Notes under the pieces: generated by a model
Told to the model about the DNA's origin: nothing
What the model saw: the letters and a program-made list of their open reading frames with translations, nothing else
Databases searched by the model: none
DNA from: Trichoplax adhaerens
Lineage: Eukaryota; Animalia; Placozoa
Direction of reading: 5' to 3'
DNA length: 64,000 nucleotides
Assembly (NCBI RefSeq): GCF_000150275.1
Contig: NW_002060943.1
Span: 62,001 to 126,000, forward strand
Translations under genes and position numbers: made by a program
Part shown: positions 1 to 11,660 of the stretch, piece by piece
Numbering within the stretch: the first letter of the stretch is position 1
Layout of the letters: the number at the start of each line of letters is the position of its first letter

Positions 1-677
1 TACCTTTTATGTACGTTGCTAGATCTAGATGCAGATAATCCTTGGTAGAAGAACTAGGATCACCAAGTAACTCATGTAATCAAGTTCAGTCAATCCAAAG
101 AATTCGGCAGTTTATTATAATGAAATGATTCAATTTTCAAGTCATGGGCTAGAGAAATTGTAGTTGAGTAGTCATCCGTTTTGTAAAACACGTTTTTACA
201 AATGATGAAAACATGTTTTCCAGAATTTTCGATCGCAAAGGACTCTTTACGACCGCAGTGCACTAAAACTGCAATATTAGTCACATTTTACTAAAATAAA
301 CAAAAGAGAATACAAAAATGACCAGTAAAATTAGGATTGAGGAGACGAAGATCGCAAAGACTTGCTGAAAGGCCGCAATGCACTTTCCTGATTTCGTTAG
401 TCCTTTGCGAGCAAGGACGCTATAGTAAACGATACTATTGGCGAAGATGGTGTATTATTTCCTAGAGTGAGGAGTACCGTATCGTATATTGCTACAAGTT
501 GAAATGCTCGCAAGGCATTGACAACCTTCGTTAGTACTTTGCGGTGGATGATCACCGTACTAAACAAGGATGTCAGCCAAGATTCTATATGATGTCTTGT
601 ATTTGAATGGATTGTATGGGACATTACTCAAGCTGATGCAGCTTTAATGAAGACCGCAAAGCACTAAAGTTACAATT

Positions 678-799
678 GGAAAGGATCAACATTCGATAGG
701 TATAAATAGCCTTAGCATGACTGATTTTTTCTAAATTCTTTTCCGAAGCGAGGAAGGCTAAAGGAAGTTGAAATACCTATCCAAGTTGGACCCTTTACC
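678..799. repeat. Imperfect inverted repeat (degenerate MITE-like hairpin)
   Basis: Left arm ggaaaggatcaacattcgataggtat..tagcctt pairs with right arm aaggcta..atacctatccaagttggaccctttacc. Confidence 0.5.
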
Positions 800-999
800 T
801 GTTGAATTTTTGATTTAGATATCATTTCGTCTAAACCTTATCAAGTCAGCGTATCATGGATAGCTTAACAGATAGACCTTGCAACTATGTTGAAAGTAAG
901 TACTAGACTGTACAGTATATAGTGCATCAGATGTTTACAGGAATACACCGTACGCCTTGATTGGTACTACCAGTTGAATTTTGCTTAATAATCAATGTT

Positions 1000-1365
1000 C
1001 AACGTCTTGGCACTGAAAAATTTGCCTAGCCACCCATGTAATCAACGGCTACAATCAGACCTTTTAGATAAATTAAGAAAAAAGAATACCAATAATTGAG
1101 GTGCCAATGCAGTTGAATAACATAGAATGACCAATACACTACACTGTATGTCCAGTTAGAATGCCCTTGATCCGTACTACAGTAGTTTAACTTGGGTTAT
1201 CAACGTTTGCGGCTTCGCACTCCAAATTTATCTAGTCACTCATGGAATCAATGGCTAGAATCAGACCTTTTAGACAATTTATGAAAAAAGAATACCAGCA
1301 ATGCAGGGATCAATTGAATCGAATTGATCCGAACACAGCTCAATAACATTGAATGACGGACCAAT
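1000..1365. repeat. Diverged direct repeat, two copies about 205 bp apart
   Basis: ctagccacccatgtaatcaacggctacaatcagaccttttagata (1026) versus ctagtcactcatggaatcaatggctagaatcagaccttttagaca (1232). Confidence 0.8.
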
Positions 1366-1440
1366 GCAGTAAAGTAAAAAGTCGTTTATACAAGTGATTG
1401 TGCGCTATTATTTTTTGGATTTATTTTTAGTAGTCACACC

Positions 1441-1545
1441 GACTGTACAGTGTACAGTACAGTACACTGTACTGTACTGTACGCTGAGTATACAGTACAG
1501 TACACTGTACGCTGAGTGTACAGTACAGTACGGTAGTGTACAGCA
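1441..1545. repeat. Palindromic TACAG/CTGTA low-complexity tract
   Basis: Runs of actgtacagt, tacagtacag, ctgtactgta and two copies of ctgtacgctgagt(a/g)tacagtacagtac. Confidence 0.85.
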
Positions 1546-1681
1546 ATATTATTTTCCTATAAGATATTTGAATAAAAGTAGAAATAAAATGTATTACTAG
1601 ATGTCGGTATGAATTACTGCATTAGCCCGTTAGTTTTAGTTAGTTATACAGTACAGTATCCAAAACGAAATGTACTGTACA

Positions 1682-1690
1682 CCGTGTGCA
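1682..1690 (-). promoter_or_regulatory. Metal-responsive element (MRE) candidate
   Basis: ccGTGTGCA reads TGCACACGG on the minus strand, matching the MTF-1 core TGCRCNC plus the extended GG; about 220 bp upstream of the ATG at 1907. Confidence 0.5.
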
Positions 1691-1803
1691 GTGTACAGTT
1701 ATTACCGTATACTGTCTGTACTGTAGCACTATAGCAAAAAAAATAAATAAACAAATCAATCAAAAATCGGGATGGGTACAGACAGTCATGCGGACAATCT
1801 AAC

Positions 1804-1833
1804 TGCGCATGTCCAATATCCAATTTGTGACGT
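1804..1833 (+). promoter_or_regulatory. Proximal promoter motifs of the Cys-rich gene
   Basis: TGCGCATG (1804), two CCAAT (1813, 1820) and TGACGT CRE/ATF half-site (1828) clustered 75-100 bp before the ATG. Confidence 0.35.
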
Positions 1834-1906
1834 ACACTCCTACAGTACTCACTGGAGACCCTCTACAGTATGATGAAGGGTCGCTAGTACTCACCGCGCA
1901 ATCAAA

Positions 1907-4900
1907 ATGGGATGCTGTTACAACAGAATTTTTGACATTTCATTCTTTCTTCTTAAACTATAGCTGGAATTTGCAAATGTAGTCCTGACTGCAAGTGCAG
2001 AAACTGTCAATGCACATCAGACTGCAAATCATCCTGTGCAAAGAACTGCGACTGTTCTGGTTAGTTGAAACAAGTTCAATGAATACTCTACAGTCTACAG
2101 TCTATAGTAAACTGTATTGCAGATCTCAGTTGACTGCGTTATTTTCAATGTTTATGTTTAGCTGGCAATTGCAAATGCTGTTGTCATTGCGACTGTAGTA
2201 ACTGTCAATGTACATCGTGCAGCAAATCAACCAGTGGAAAAACTTGCGACTGTTCAGGTCAGTTAATAAAAGCATATAACGTAAACACCATTTCTTAAAC
2301 TATATCAGTTAAATAAATGTAATCACATAGTAATAATATCGTCGCTTCCCTATCTCGGTAATAGCGTATTACAGTAATCGAATTGTTTCTGGTATTTTAA
2401 TATTTAGACGATAATTGCACATGCTGTTCTCAATGCAACTGCACGAGCTGTAAATGCACATCATGTACTAAGTCGCCGAATGAAAACACTTGCGACTGTT
2501 CAGGTAAGTTAAAACAAATTAAATAAATACCATTTCTTATAGATAGGACTTACAATAATAATAATTAATTATAATCGAACCAATATAATCAGACATTACT
2601 CATTTCCTCACTTCCCTCCCTACCTTTTAGTAGTATTACATACTGTACGTACATATGCTATTTATATAGTGTATTGATTTATTTGTTTATGACTTTTACA
2701 TTTAGCTTGCGATTGCAAAAACTGCTCTGATTGCAACTGTACTAGCTGTAAATGCACATCATGCAGCAAATCGTCGAGTGGAAACACTTGCGACTGCTCA
2801 GGTCAGTTAATAAAGAGTCAAATAAATAATATGCGCTGCCTTAAGAGATATAATTTATATATTTATTATATTGAGAATATATCACAAGATATTACTCGTA
2901 TTATCACTTTCCTATGCTTGTGGTAGCGTGTTAATTTTATCGTTTCTGGCCATTACATTTAGCTTGCAATTGCAAGAGCTGCTCTGATTGCAACTGTACT
3001 AGCTGTAAATGTACATCATGCAGCAAATCGTCCAGTGGAAATACTTGCGACTGTTCAGGTCAGTTAATAAAAGAGTCAAATAAATAATATGCGCTACCTT
3101 AAAGAGATATAATTTATTCATTATATCGAAAATACGTCACAAGATAGTACTTGTATTGTCACTTTCCTATGCTTGTAGTATCGTGTTAATTTTATCGTTT
3201 CTGGCCTTTACATTTAGCTTGCAATTGCAAATGCTGCTCTGCTTGTAACTGTACTAGCTGTAAATGCACATCATGCAGCAAATCGTCCAGTGGGAACACT
3301 TGCGACTGCTCAGGTCAGTTAATAAAGAGTCAAATAAATAATATGCCCAACTTTAAAGGGATGTAATTTATTTATTATATCGAAAATACATCACAAGATA
3401 TCACTCGTATTGTCACTTTCCTATCCCTATAGTAGCGTATTAATTTTATCGTTTCTGGCTTTGCATTTAGCTGGCAATTGCAAATGTTGCTCTGATTGTA
3501 AATGCACTAGCTGTAAATGCACATCATGCAGCAAATCGTCCAGTGGAAACACTTGCGACTGTTCAGGTCAGTTAATAAGAATTAAATAAATAATTTGCCC
3601 AATTTTAAGGATATAATTTATTCATTATATCTAAAATATATCACAAGACATTACTCGTATCGTCACATTCCTATCCCTGTGGTAGCGTATTAATTTTATC
3701 GTTTCTGGCTTTCACATTTAGCTTGCAATTGCAAATGTTGCTCTGATTGTAACTGCACTAGCTGTAAATGCACATCATGCAGCAAATCGTCGAGTACAAA
3801 CACTTGCGACTGTTCAGGTCAGTTAATAAAGAGTCAAATAAATAATATGCCCAATTTTAAGGAGATATAATTTATTTATTATATCTAAAATATATCACAA
3901 GACATTACTCGTATCGTCACATTGCTATCCCTGTAGCAGCGTATTAATTTTATCGTTTTTGGCCTTTACATTTAGCTTGCAATTGCAAAAGCTGTTCTGA
4001 TTGTAACTGTACTAGCTGTAAATGCACATCATGCAGCAAATCGTCGAGTGGAAAAACTTGCGACTGTTCAGGTCAGTTAATAAAGAGTCGAATAAATAAT
4101 AAATAATATACACTACCTTAAAGAGATGTAATTTATTTATTATATCTATAATATATCACAAGATATTACTCGTATCGTCGCATTCCTACCTAGTTAGTAG
4201 CATATTAATTTTATCGTTTCTGACTTTTACATTTAGCTGGCAATTGCAAATGCTGTTATTATTGCAACTGTACTAGCTGTAAATGCACATCATGCAGCAA
4301 ATCGTCGAATGGAAACACTTGCGACTGTTCAGGTCAGTTAACTTCAATAAAGAATCAAATAAATAATAAATATTATGCACTACCTTAAAGAGATGTAATT
4401 TATTTATTATATCTATAATGTATCACAAGACATTACTCGTATCGTCGCATTCCTACCAAGTTAGTAGCGTATTAATTTTATCGTTTCTGGCCTTTACATT
4501 TAGCTGGCAATTGCAAATGCTGCTATTATTGCAACTGTACTAGCTGTAAATGCACATCATGTAGCAAATCGTCCAGTGGAAAAACTTGCGACTGTACAGG
4601 TCAGTTAATAAAGAATCAAATAAATAATAAATATTATGCACTACCTTAAAGAGATATAATTTATTTATTATATCTATAATATATCACAAGATATTACTCA
4701 AATCATCACATTCCTATCCCTCTAGTAGCGTATTAATTTCATTGTTTCTGGCTTTTATACTTAGCTTGCAATTGCAAAAGCTGTTCTGATTGTAACTGTA
4801 CTAGCTGTAAATGCACATCATGCAGTAAATCGTCAAGTGGAAACATTTGCGACTGTTCAGGTCAGTTAATAAAAATTCAAATAAATAATATACACTACCT

Positions 4901-7900
4901 TAAAGAGATACACGTATTATTTATTTACTGTATCTAAAATACGTCACCAGATATTACTCGTATCGTCACTTTCCTATCCTCTGGTAACGTATTAATTCTA
5001 TCGTTTCTGGCTTTTACATTTAGCTTGCAATTGCAAATGCTGTTCTGATTGTAACTGTACTAGCTGTAAATGCACATCATGTAGCAAATCGTCGAATGGA
5101 AACACTTGCGACTGTTCAGGTCAGTTATTAAAGAATCAAATAAATATATGTACTACCTTAAAAAGATGTGATTTATTTATTATATCTATAATATATCACC
5201 GGATATTATTGATATCATCGCATTCCTACCTAGTTAGTAGCGTGTTAATTTTATCGTTTCTGGCTTTTACATTTAGCTGGCAATTGCAAATGCTGTTCTG
5301 ATTGTAACTGTACTAGCTGTAAATGCACATCGTGCAGAAAATCGTCGAGTGGAAGAACTTGCGACTGTTCAGGTCAGTTAATAAAGAGTCAAATAAATAA
5401 TAAATAATATGCACTACCTTAAAGAAATATAATTTATTTATAATATATCACAAGATATTACTCAAATCATCACTTTCCTATCCCTGTAGTAGCGTATTAA
5501 TTTTATCGTTTCTGGCTTTTACATTTAGCTGGCAATTGCAAATGCTGTTCTGATTGTAACTGTACTAGCTGTAAATGCACATCATGCAGCAAATTGTCGA
5601 GTAAAAATACTTGCGACTGTTCAGGTCAGTTAATAAAGAGTCAAATANATAATAATAAATAATATACACTACCATAAAAAGATGTAATTTATTTATTATA
5701 TCTAAAATATATCACCGGATATTACTCGTATCGTCGCATGCCTACCTAGTTAGTAGCGTATTAATTTTATCGTTTCTGGCTTTTACATTTAGCTTGCAAT
5801 TGCAAGAGCTGTTATTATTGTAACTGTACTAGCTGTAAATGCACATCATGCAGCAAATCGTCGAGTGGAAAAACTTGCGACTGTTCAGGTCAGTTAATAA
5901 AGAATCAAGTAAATATATATATTACCTTAAAAAGATGTAATTTATTTATTATATCTATAATATATCACCGGATATTACTCGTTTCGTCGCATTCCTACCT
6001 AGTTAGTAGCGTATTAATTTTATCGTTTCTGGCTTTTGCATTTAGTTGGCAATTGCAAATGCTGTTCTGATTGCAACTGTACTAGTTGTAAATGCATATC
6101 ATGCAGCAAATCGTCCAGTGGAAGCACTTGCGACTGTTCGGGTCAGTTAATAAAGAATCAAATAAATATATGTACTACCTTAAAAAGATGTAATTTATTT
6201 ATTATATCTAAAATATATCACAAGACATTACTCGTATCGTCGTATTCCTACCTAGTTAGTAGCGTATTAATTTTATCGTTTCTGGCTGTTACATTTAGCT
6301 TGCAATTGCAAATGCTGCTCTGATTGTAACTGTACTAGCTGTAAATGCACATCATGCAGCAAATCGTCGAGTGGAAACACTTGCGACTGTTCAGGTCAGT
6401 TAATAAAGAGTCAAATAAATAATATGCCCAATTTTAAGGAGACATAATTTATTTATTATATCTAAAATATATCACAAGACATTACTCGTATCGTCGCATT
6501 GCTATCCCTGTAGCAGCGTATTAATTTTATCGTTTTTGGCTTTTACATTTAGCTTGCAATTGCAAAAGCTGTTCTGATTGTAACTGTATGAGCTGTAAAT
6601 GCACATCATGCAGCAAATCGTCGAGTGGAAAAACTTGCGACTGTTCAGGTCAGTTAATAAAGAGTCGAATAAATAATAAATAATATACACTACCTTAAAG
6701 AGATGTAATTTATTTATTATATCTATAATATATCACAAGATATTACTCGTATCGTCGCATTCCTACCTAGTTAGTAGCATGTTAATTTTATCGTTTCTGA
6801 CTTTTACATTTAGCTGGCAATTGCAAATGCTGTTATTATTGCAACTGTACTAGCTGTAAATGCACATCATGCAGCAAATCGTCGAATGGAAACACTTGCG
6901 ACTGTTCAGGTCAGTTAATAAAGAGTCGAGTAAATAATAAATCATATGCACTACCTTAAAAAGATGTAATTCATTTATTATATCTAAAATATTTCACCGG
7001 ATATAACTCGTATCGTCGCATTCCTACCTAGTTAGTAGCGTATTAATTTTATCGTTTCTGGCTTTTACATTTAGCTTGCAATTGCAAGATGCTGTTCTGA
7101 TTGTAACTGTACTAGCTGTAAATGCACATCATGCAGCAAATCGTCGAGTGGAAAAACTTGCGACTGTTCAGGTCAGTTAATAAAGAATCAAATAAATAAT
7201 AAATAATATGCACCACCTTAAAGAGATGTAATTTATTTACTATATCTATAATATATCACCAGATATTACTCGTATCGTCACTTTCCTAACCCTGTAGTAG
7301 CGTGTTAATTTTATCGTTTCTGACTTTTACATTTAGCTGGCAATTGCAAATGCTGTTACTATTGCAACTGTACTAGCTGTAAATGCACATCATGCAGCAA
7401 ATCGTCGAGTGGAAACACTTGCAACTGTTCAGGTCAGTTAATAAAGAGTCAAATAAATAATAAATATTATGCACTACCTTAAAGAGATATAATTTATTAT
7501 ATCTATAATATATCACCGGATATTACTGGTATCGTCGCATTCTTACCTAGTTAGTAGCGTATTAATTTTATCGTTTCTGGCTTTTACATTTAGCTTGCAA
7601 TTGCAAGAGCTGTTCTGATTGTAACTGTACTAGCTGTAAATGCACATCATGCAGCAAATCGTCCAGTGGAAACACTTGCGACTGTTCAGGTCAGCTAATA
7701 AAGATTCAAATAAATAATATGTAATACCTTAAAGAAATATAATTTATTTATCATATCTATAATATATCACCAGATATTACTCGTATCGCCACTTTCCTAA
7801 CCCTGTAGTAGCGTGTTAATTTTATCGTTTCTGGCTTTTTATATTTAGCTTGCAATTGCAAAAGCTGTTCTGATTGTAACTGTACGAGCTGTAAATGCAC

Positions 7901-8855
7901 ATCATGCAACAAATCTGCAAGTGGAAAAACTTACGACTTTTCAGGTCAGTTAAAACAAGTTAAAATAACACTATTCCTTAAAGATATAATTTATACTCGA
8001 ATAAACGTAATCAGACACTACTAGTATCGTTAATCTGCAATTCCTGTCGCAGTGTATTAATGTAATTGTTTCTGGCTTTTACAATAGCTTGCAATTGCAA
8101 ATGCTGTTCCGACCGCAATTGTACTAGCTGTAAATGTAAATGTACATCATGCAGCAAATCACCAAGTAAAAAAACTTGCGACTGTTCAGGTCAGTTAAAA
8201 ACGAGTTAAATGAATATACATGTCTTAAAGATATTTATTTATCTTCATTTTATTATAATTGAATAAAATGGGATCAGACATTATTCGGACCTTCGCTTTC
8301 CTAATTCTGTATTAGCATATTGATATCTCTGTTTCTGTCTTTACATTTAGCAGCCAATTGCAAATGCTGTTCTGATTGCGACTGCACTAGCTGCAAATGT
8401 GCATTATGCTGTAAAGCACTGAGTGGAAAGACTTACAGCTATTCAGGTCAGTTAGAGATACATTTTATAATAGCCGGATAAATATAATTGGACATTGCTT
8501 GTATTGTCGTTTTTCTTATACTTGTAGTAATATATCAAAGTTCATTGTTTCTGATTTTTACTTTTAGCTGGCAACTCTAAGTGCTGTTGTGAATGTGGCT
8601 GTACTAGCTGCGAATGCACGTCATGCAGTAAATCATCGCTAGTGGAAATACTTGCGACTGTTCAGGTTAGTAAAGTGAATACAATATCTTAAAGTAATCA
8701 GATATTAATCGGTTATTACGTTTCTATTCATGTAGTAGTGTATTAATTTCACTGTATCTGCCTAATATATTTAGCTACGAATTGCAAATGCTTTCCTGAT
8801 TGCGATTGCAATATCTGCAAATGTACTATTATGTAACAAATCATCTAATGAATAG
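1907..8855 (+). CDS. Giant multi-module metallothionein-like Cys-rich protein (spliced; short first exon plus 28 repeat exons)
   Basis: Probable start caaaATGG at 1907 (MGC, donor 1917; alternative ATG at 1870 with donor 1880). Repeat exons start at 1964, 2162, 2408, 2706, 2963, 3218, 3471, 3722, 3976, 4237, 4504, 4765, 5024, 5277, 5529, 5793, 6046, 6299, 6553, 6814, 7075, 7337, 7594, 7849, 8088, 8351, 8568, 8775, each after TAG and ending G|GT(C/T/A)AGT. Most are 96 nt, phase 1-1, consensus A[GC]NCK[CS]CSDCNCTSCKCTSCSKSSSGNTCDCS (CxC, CC, CxxC; Cys/Ser/Lys/Thr-rich; no signal peptide). Exon 7075 is 97 nt (frameshift), 8088 is 102 nt, 8568 is 98 nt, 8775 is 97 nt. Confidence 0.8.
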
Positions 8856-8871
8856 AGTCGCGGTTGTCCAG
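1964..8871 (+). repeat. Tandem array of ~255-bp exon+intron units (28 copies)
   Basis: Recurring unit: ...ttttatcgtttctggcttttacatttag, 96-nt Cys exon, gtcagttaataaagagtcaaataaataat...; central units are near-identical including introns, edge units are diverged. Confidence 0.97.
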
Positions 8872-9337
8872 GTTAGTTAAAACAAATTTAAATTAATTCT
8901 GTATTATAATAAAACAAATGTGCTTAGCATTATCTAATCACAACTTGTGGAATTCACGCTTTAACTCTATTCTCTATCAATCATCACAGGAAATGCAGCC
9001 AGCTATAATTATAAGAAATAGGAGTGTGTCAACCACAGCCGTTCAAAAGGATGCAGGAAGTTAATTTGCCATAGCTTTTACAATGAAACCTTCATCTTTT
9101 ACATGGGTACCTACTATCAATTGTTTACCGCTTATCTATAATAATTACATTCTAAAATATCTTGTTTAAGCGTTATAATCATAACAATAGACAGTTCGAC
9201 TATTCGGACACATACTCAAATTATAATTACTGCACCAATGCGCTATGCTAAGAAAATCAATAAAACTATTATTTTGAATCTATCTTGTGGAAGTCTTACT
9301 AAAAAAGTACAATACTAATTTTATCTATCACTACTAG

Positions 9338-9745
9338 CGATAACTAAAATTTCTATCGCATTTTAATCATAACTACGCGGATGAATAATGTTTGCACCTT
9401 GATGAGCTACTAAGAAGTTGGTGCATGTATCTGCTGAGTAATTTAATAAATAGATCATATTTGACTTAATTACCAACCGAGATTTAATATTGGTGTACGA
9501 GAATATTTCACTTAAAGTAAACGGAGCATAGAGCTGTTCTACGATAACTAAAATTTCTGTCGCATTTTAATCATAACTACGCGGATGAATAATGTTTGCA
9601 CCTTGATGAGCTACTAAGAAGTTGGTGCATGTATCTGCTGAGTAATTTAATAAATAAATCATATTTGACTTAATTACCAACCGAGATTTAATATTGGTGT
9701 ACGAGGATATTTCACTTAAAGTAAAATGAGCATAGAGCTGTTCGT
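9338..9745. repeat. Recent tandem duplication, 2 x ~204 bp
   Basis: cgataactaaaatttct...gagcatagagctgttc occurs at 9338 and 9542 with only a few substitutions. Confidence 0.95.
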
Positions 9746-10831
9746 ATGATCTAAAATACATATAGTTAATTAATTATATCAAAGACGTTTAAGAGTAAAA
9801 GTGCAAGGCAACGATTAACATCCAAAAAGGGTACAGTAATTAGCAGCTACAGTACATTAAACAGTACCGTGCAGTTTAAATTGAGCCTGTTAGGTGTCTA
9901 AAGTAAAAATAATGCTGTAGTTTCTAAATCTTCACAGTTCCAATAATTAGCAATTTGAAACACATTCTATCTAGGTAGTGCCGTATAAGACTCATTAAAC
10001 TAAAAGAATTTGATAGTGATTTCGTACATCTACGAAAACATCAGCAAAGCTAGAATCGACACTAATACTTATAGGAGAAAATTATAATTAGGTACCTGGT
10101 CAAAAGGAATAATCATCGTGGCTAAATTGTACACATAAACATGGTACTGTGCAGAACAGATTTGCAATAGAAGTGGCCTTTTCGAAATGTTTATTTATTA
10201 AGTTGCCATTGTAATTTAATGCAATAATGCGGTATTTTGCACGTGCAGAATAAATTCATCACTGTTCCACGTTATAGCTTACTAATTTGCATATCTTTCT
10301 ACTAATTGTATTTGTCGTAATTAAGATTACTACACTTACAATTGATCTTCTAAAATTAAATTTCATACCTCAGCCTCCTTGATTATTCTAGATTAAAATA
10401 AGGCTATACAAACACTGTGAAAGTATCTTTTGACTATAGTCATTTTTACATCGCTTATCGGGATTGCAATATGCTGTAGTACGATACTCGTTGAAATCCG
10501 TACTTTATGGTATAGCCTAGATGAATCAGAAAAGTTAATCGAAACTTCTTACCAGAAGCCAAAATTAAATATGTGAAACTAACTAGAGATAAAATAATAG
10601 ACGATAACTTTCTTACTAAATGTATGAGCGATGACATCATTAAAAAGTAATGCGTGAAAAGTTAGAACATCTATAGCTTATGACTACTAGAAATTTATGG
10701 ACCAATTACTGAACTTCTATCCATTTAAATCATAGTAAACCTGAATAAGTCTAATATTTCAATATAGTATAAATACCGATTTTATGCCCTTAATTAAAAT
10801 AGTATGGCAATTTATCCTGTTTGCCAACAAC

Positions 10832-11660
10832 TTATCCAATTACAGTTCCGCCGATCCACCAATTTGTAGTAGCTGTTGAGCTATTAGTACACCTAAATCT
10901 AGGATTTTCAGTTTGATATCGACCGAATGCCTCCTCATTAGCTATAGTGTCAGGAATTCTCAACCGTGAGCAAGCCTGTGTTGCTCGTGAAACATCAATA
11001 AACGTATGAAACTTATTGTTACCATAATAAATAGGAATACTACATTGCCGACATGAAAAACCTTGAATATTAAAGAAATCGACGGTAGCACAAGTGTAGC
11101 CAGAAGATGTGCCAAACATATTGTATCGGCAAAGTGCAACCCTCAGATAGTCGCGATGATCCGTTAAACCTTTATCTACTTCGGCATTAAATTACACGTA
11201 GCGCGTAGATAATTGGTGCCAGGATTATTCTTGATGGATAGCATTCTGGATTTGGAAAGTCGGAAATCAGACCAGTTAACTCCACAATCTTCAGATTCTG
11301 CATCGTATGCAAAGTTTTTTCGATAATTGGACGTTTTTGCTTTAGCTAAGGAAAGAGACTCAATTAGCGTCCAAGCAAAACCTGAATCTGATTCAAAATC
11401 ACAGTATGTTGCAAAAGGTTTATTTGTGCTATCAAATAGGACATAGTATCCATTTCGTTGAGCTGCTAATTCCCTTGCATGTAGACATGATTTAGGTTTG
11501 ATCGGCTGATAGAATTGAAAATTGATAAAATGTTAATTTATAAAATTTGTAACAAATGTCATATTTGACAAAAGAAAAAATGAATTTTTAAACTTACTGT
11601 CAGTATTACTGACTGTACCAGACCGAATAAAATGAAAACCGGTAGCTGAATCGATTTCAT
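10832..11660 (-). pseudogene. Secreted fibrinogen-domain-like protein, paralog 1 (single frameshift: pseudogene or assembly error)
   Basis: Exon 1 11660-11598 MKSIQLPVFILFGLVQSVILT|gtaagt; 92-nt intron; exon 2 11505-10832 PIKPKSCLHARELAAQRNGYYVLFDSTNKPFATYCDFESDSGFAWTLIES...STATTNWWIGG. One T is missing near 11190 (TGTAATTTAAT versus TGTAATTTTAAT in paralog 2); otherwise open and highly similar to paralog 2. Confidence 0.8.

Noticed and set aside
1394-1600. 68-aa TVQY-rich ORF
   Set aside because: Translation of the TACAG/CTGTA low-complexity tract.
6036-6690. ORFs 6036-6323 (+) and 6502-6690 (-), and 1995-2198 (+), as standalone genes
   Set aside because: They are intron read-through, antisense or shifted frames of the repeat exons.
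1964-8871. CRISPR array or non-coding satellite reading of the tandem repeat
   Set aside because: No unique spacers or cas genes, eukaryotic context, and each unit has splice sites around a frame-preserving Cys-coding exon.
9567-9761. 64-aa ORF in the 204-bp duplication
   Set aside because: No motif or splice support; explained by the tandem duplication.
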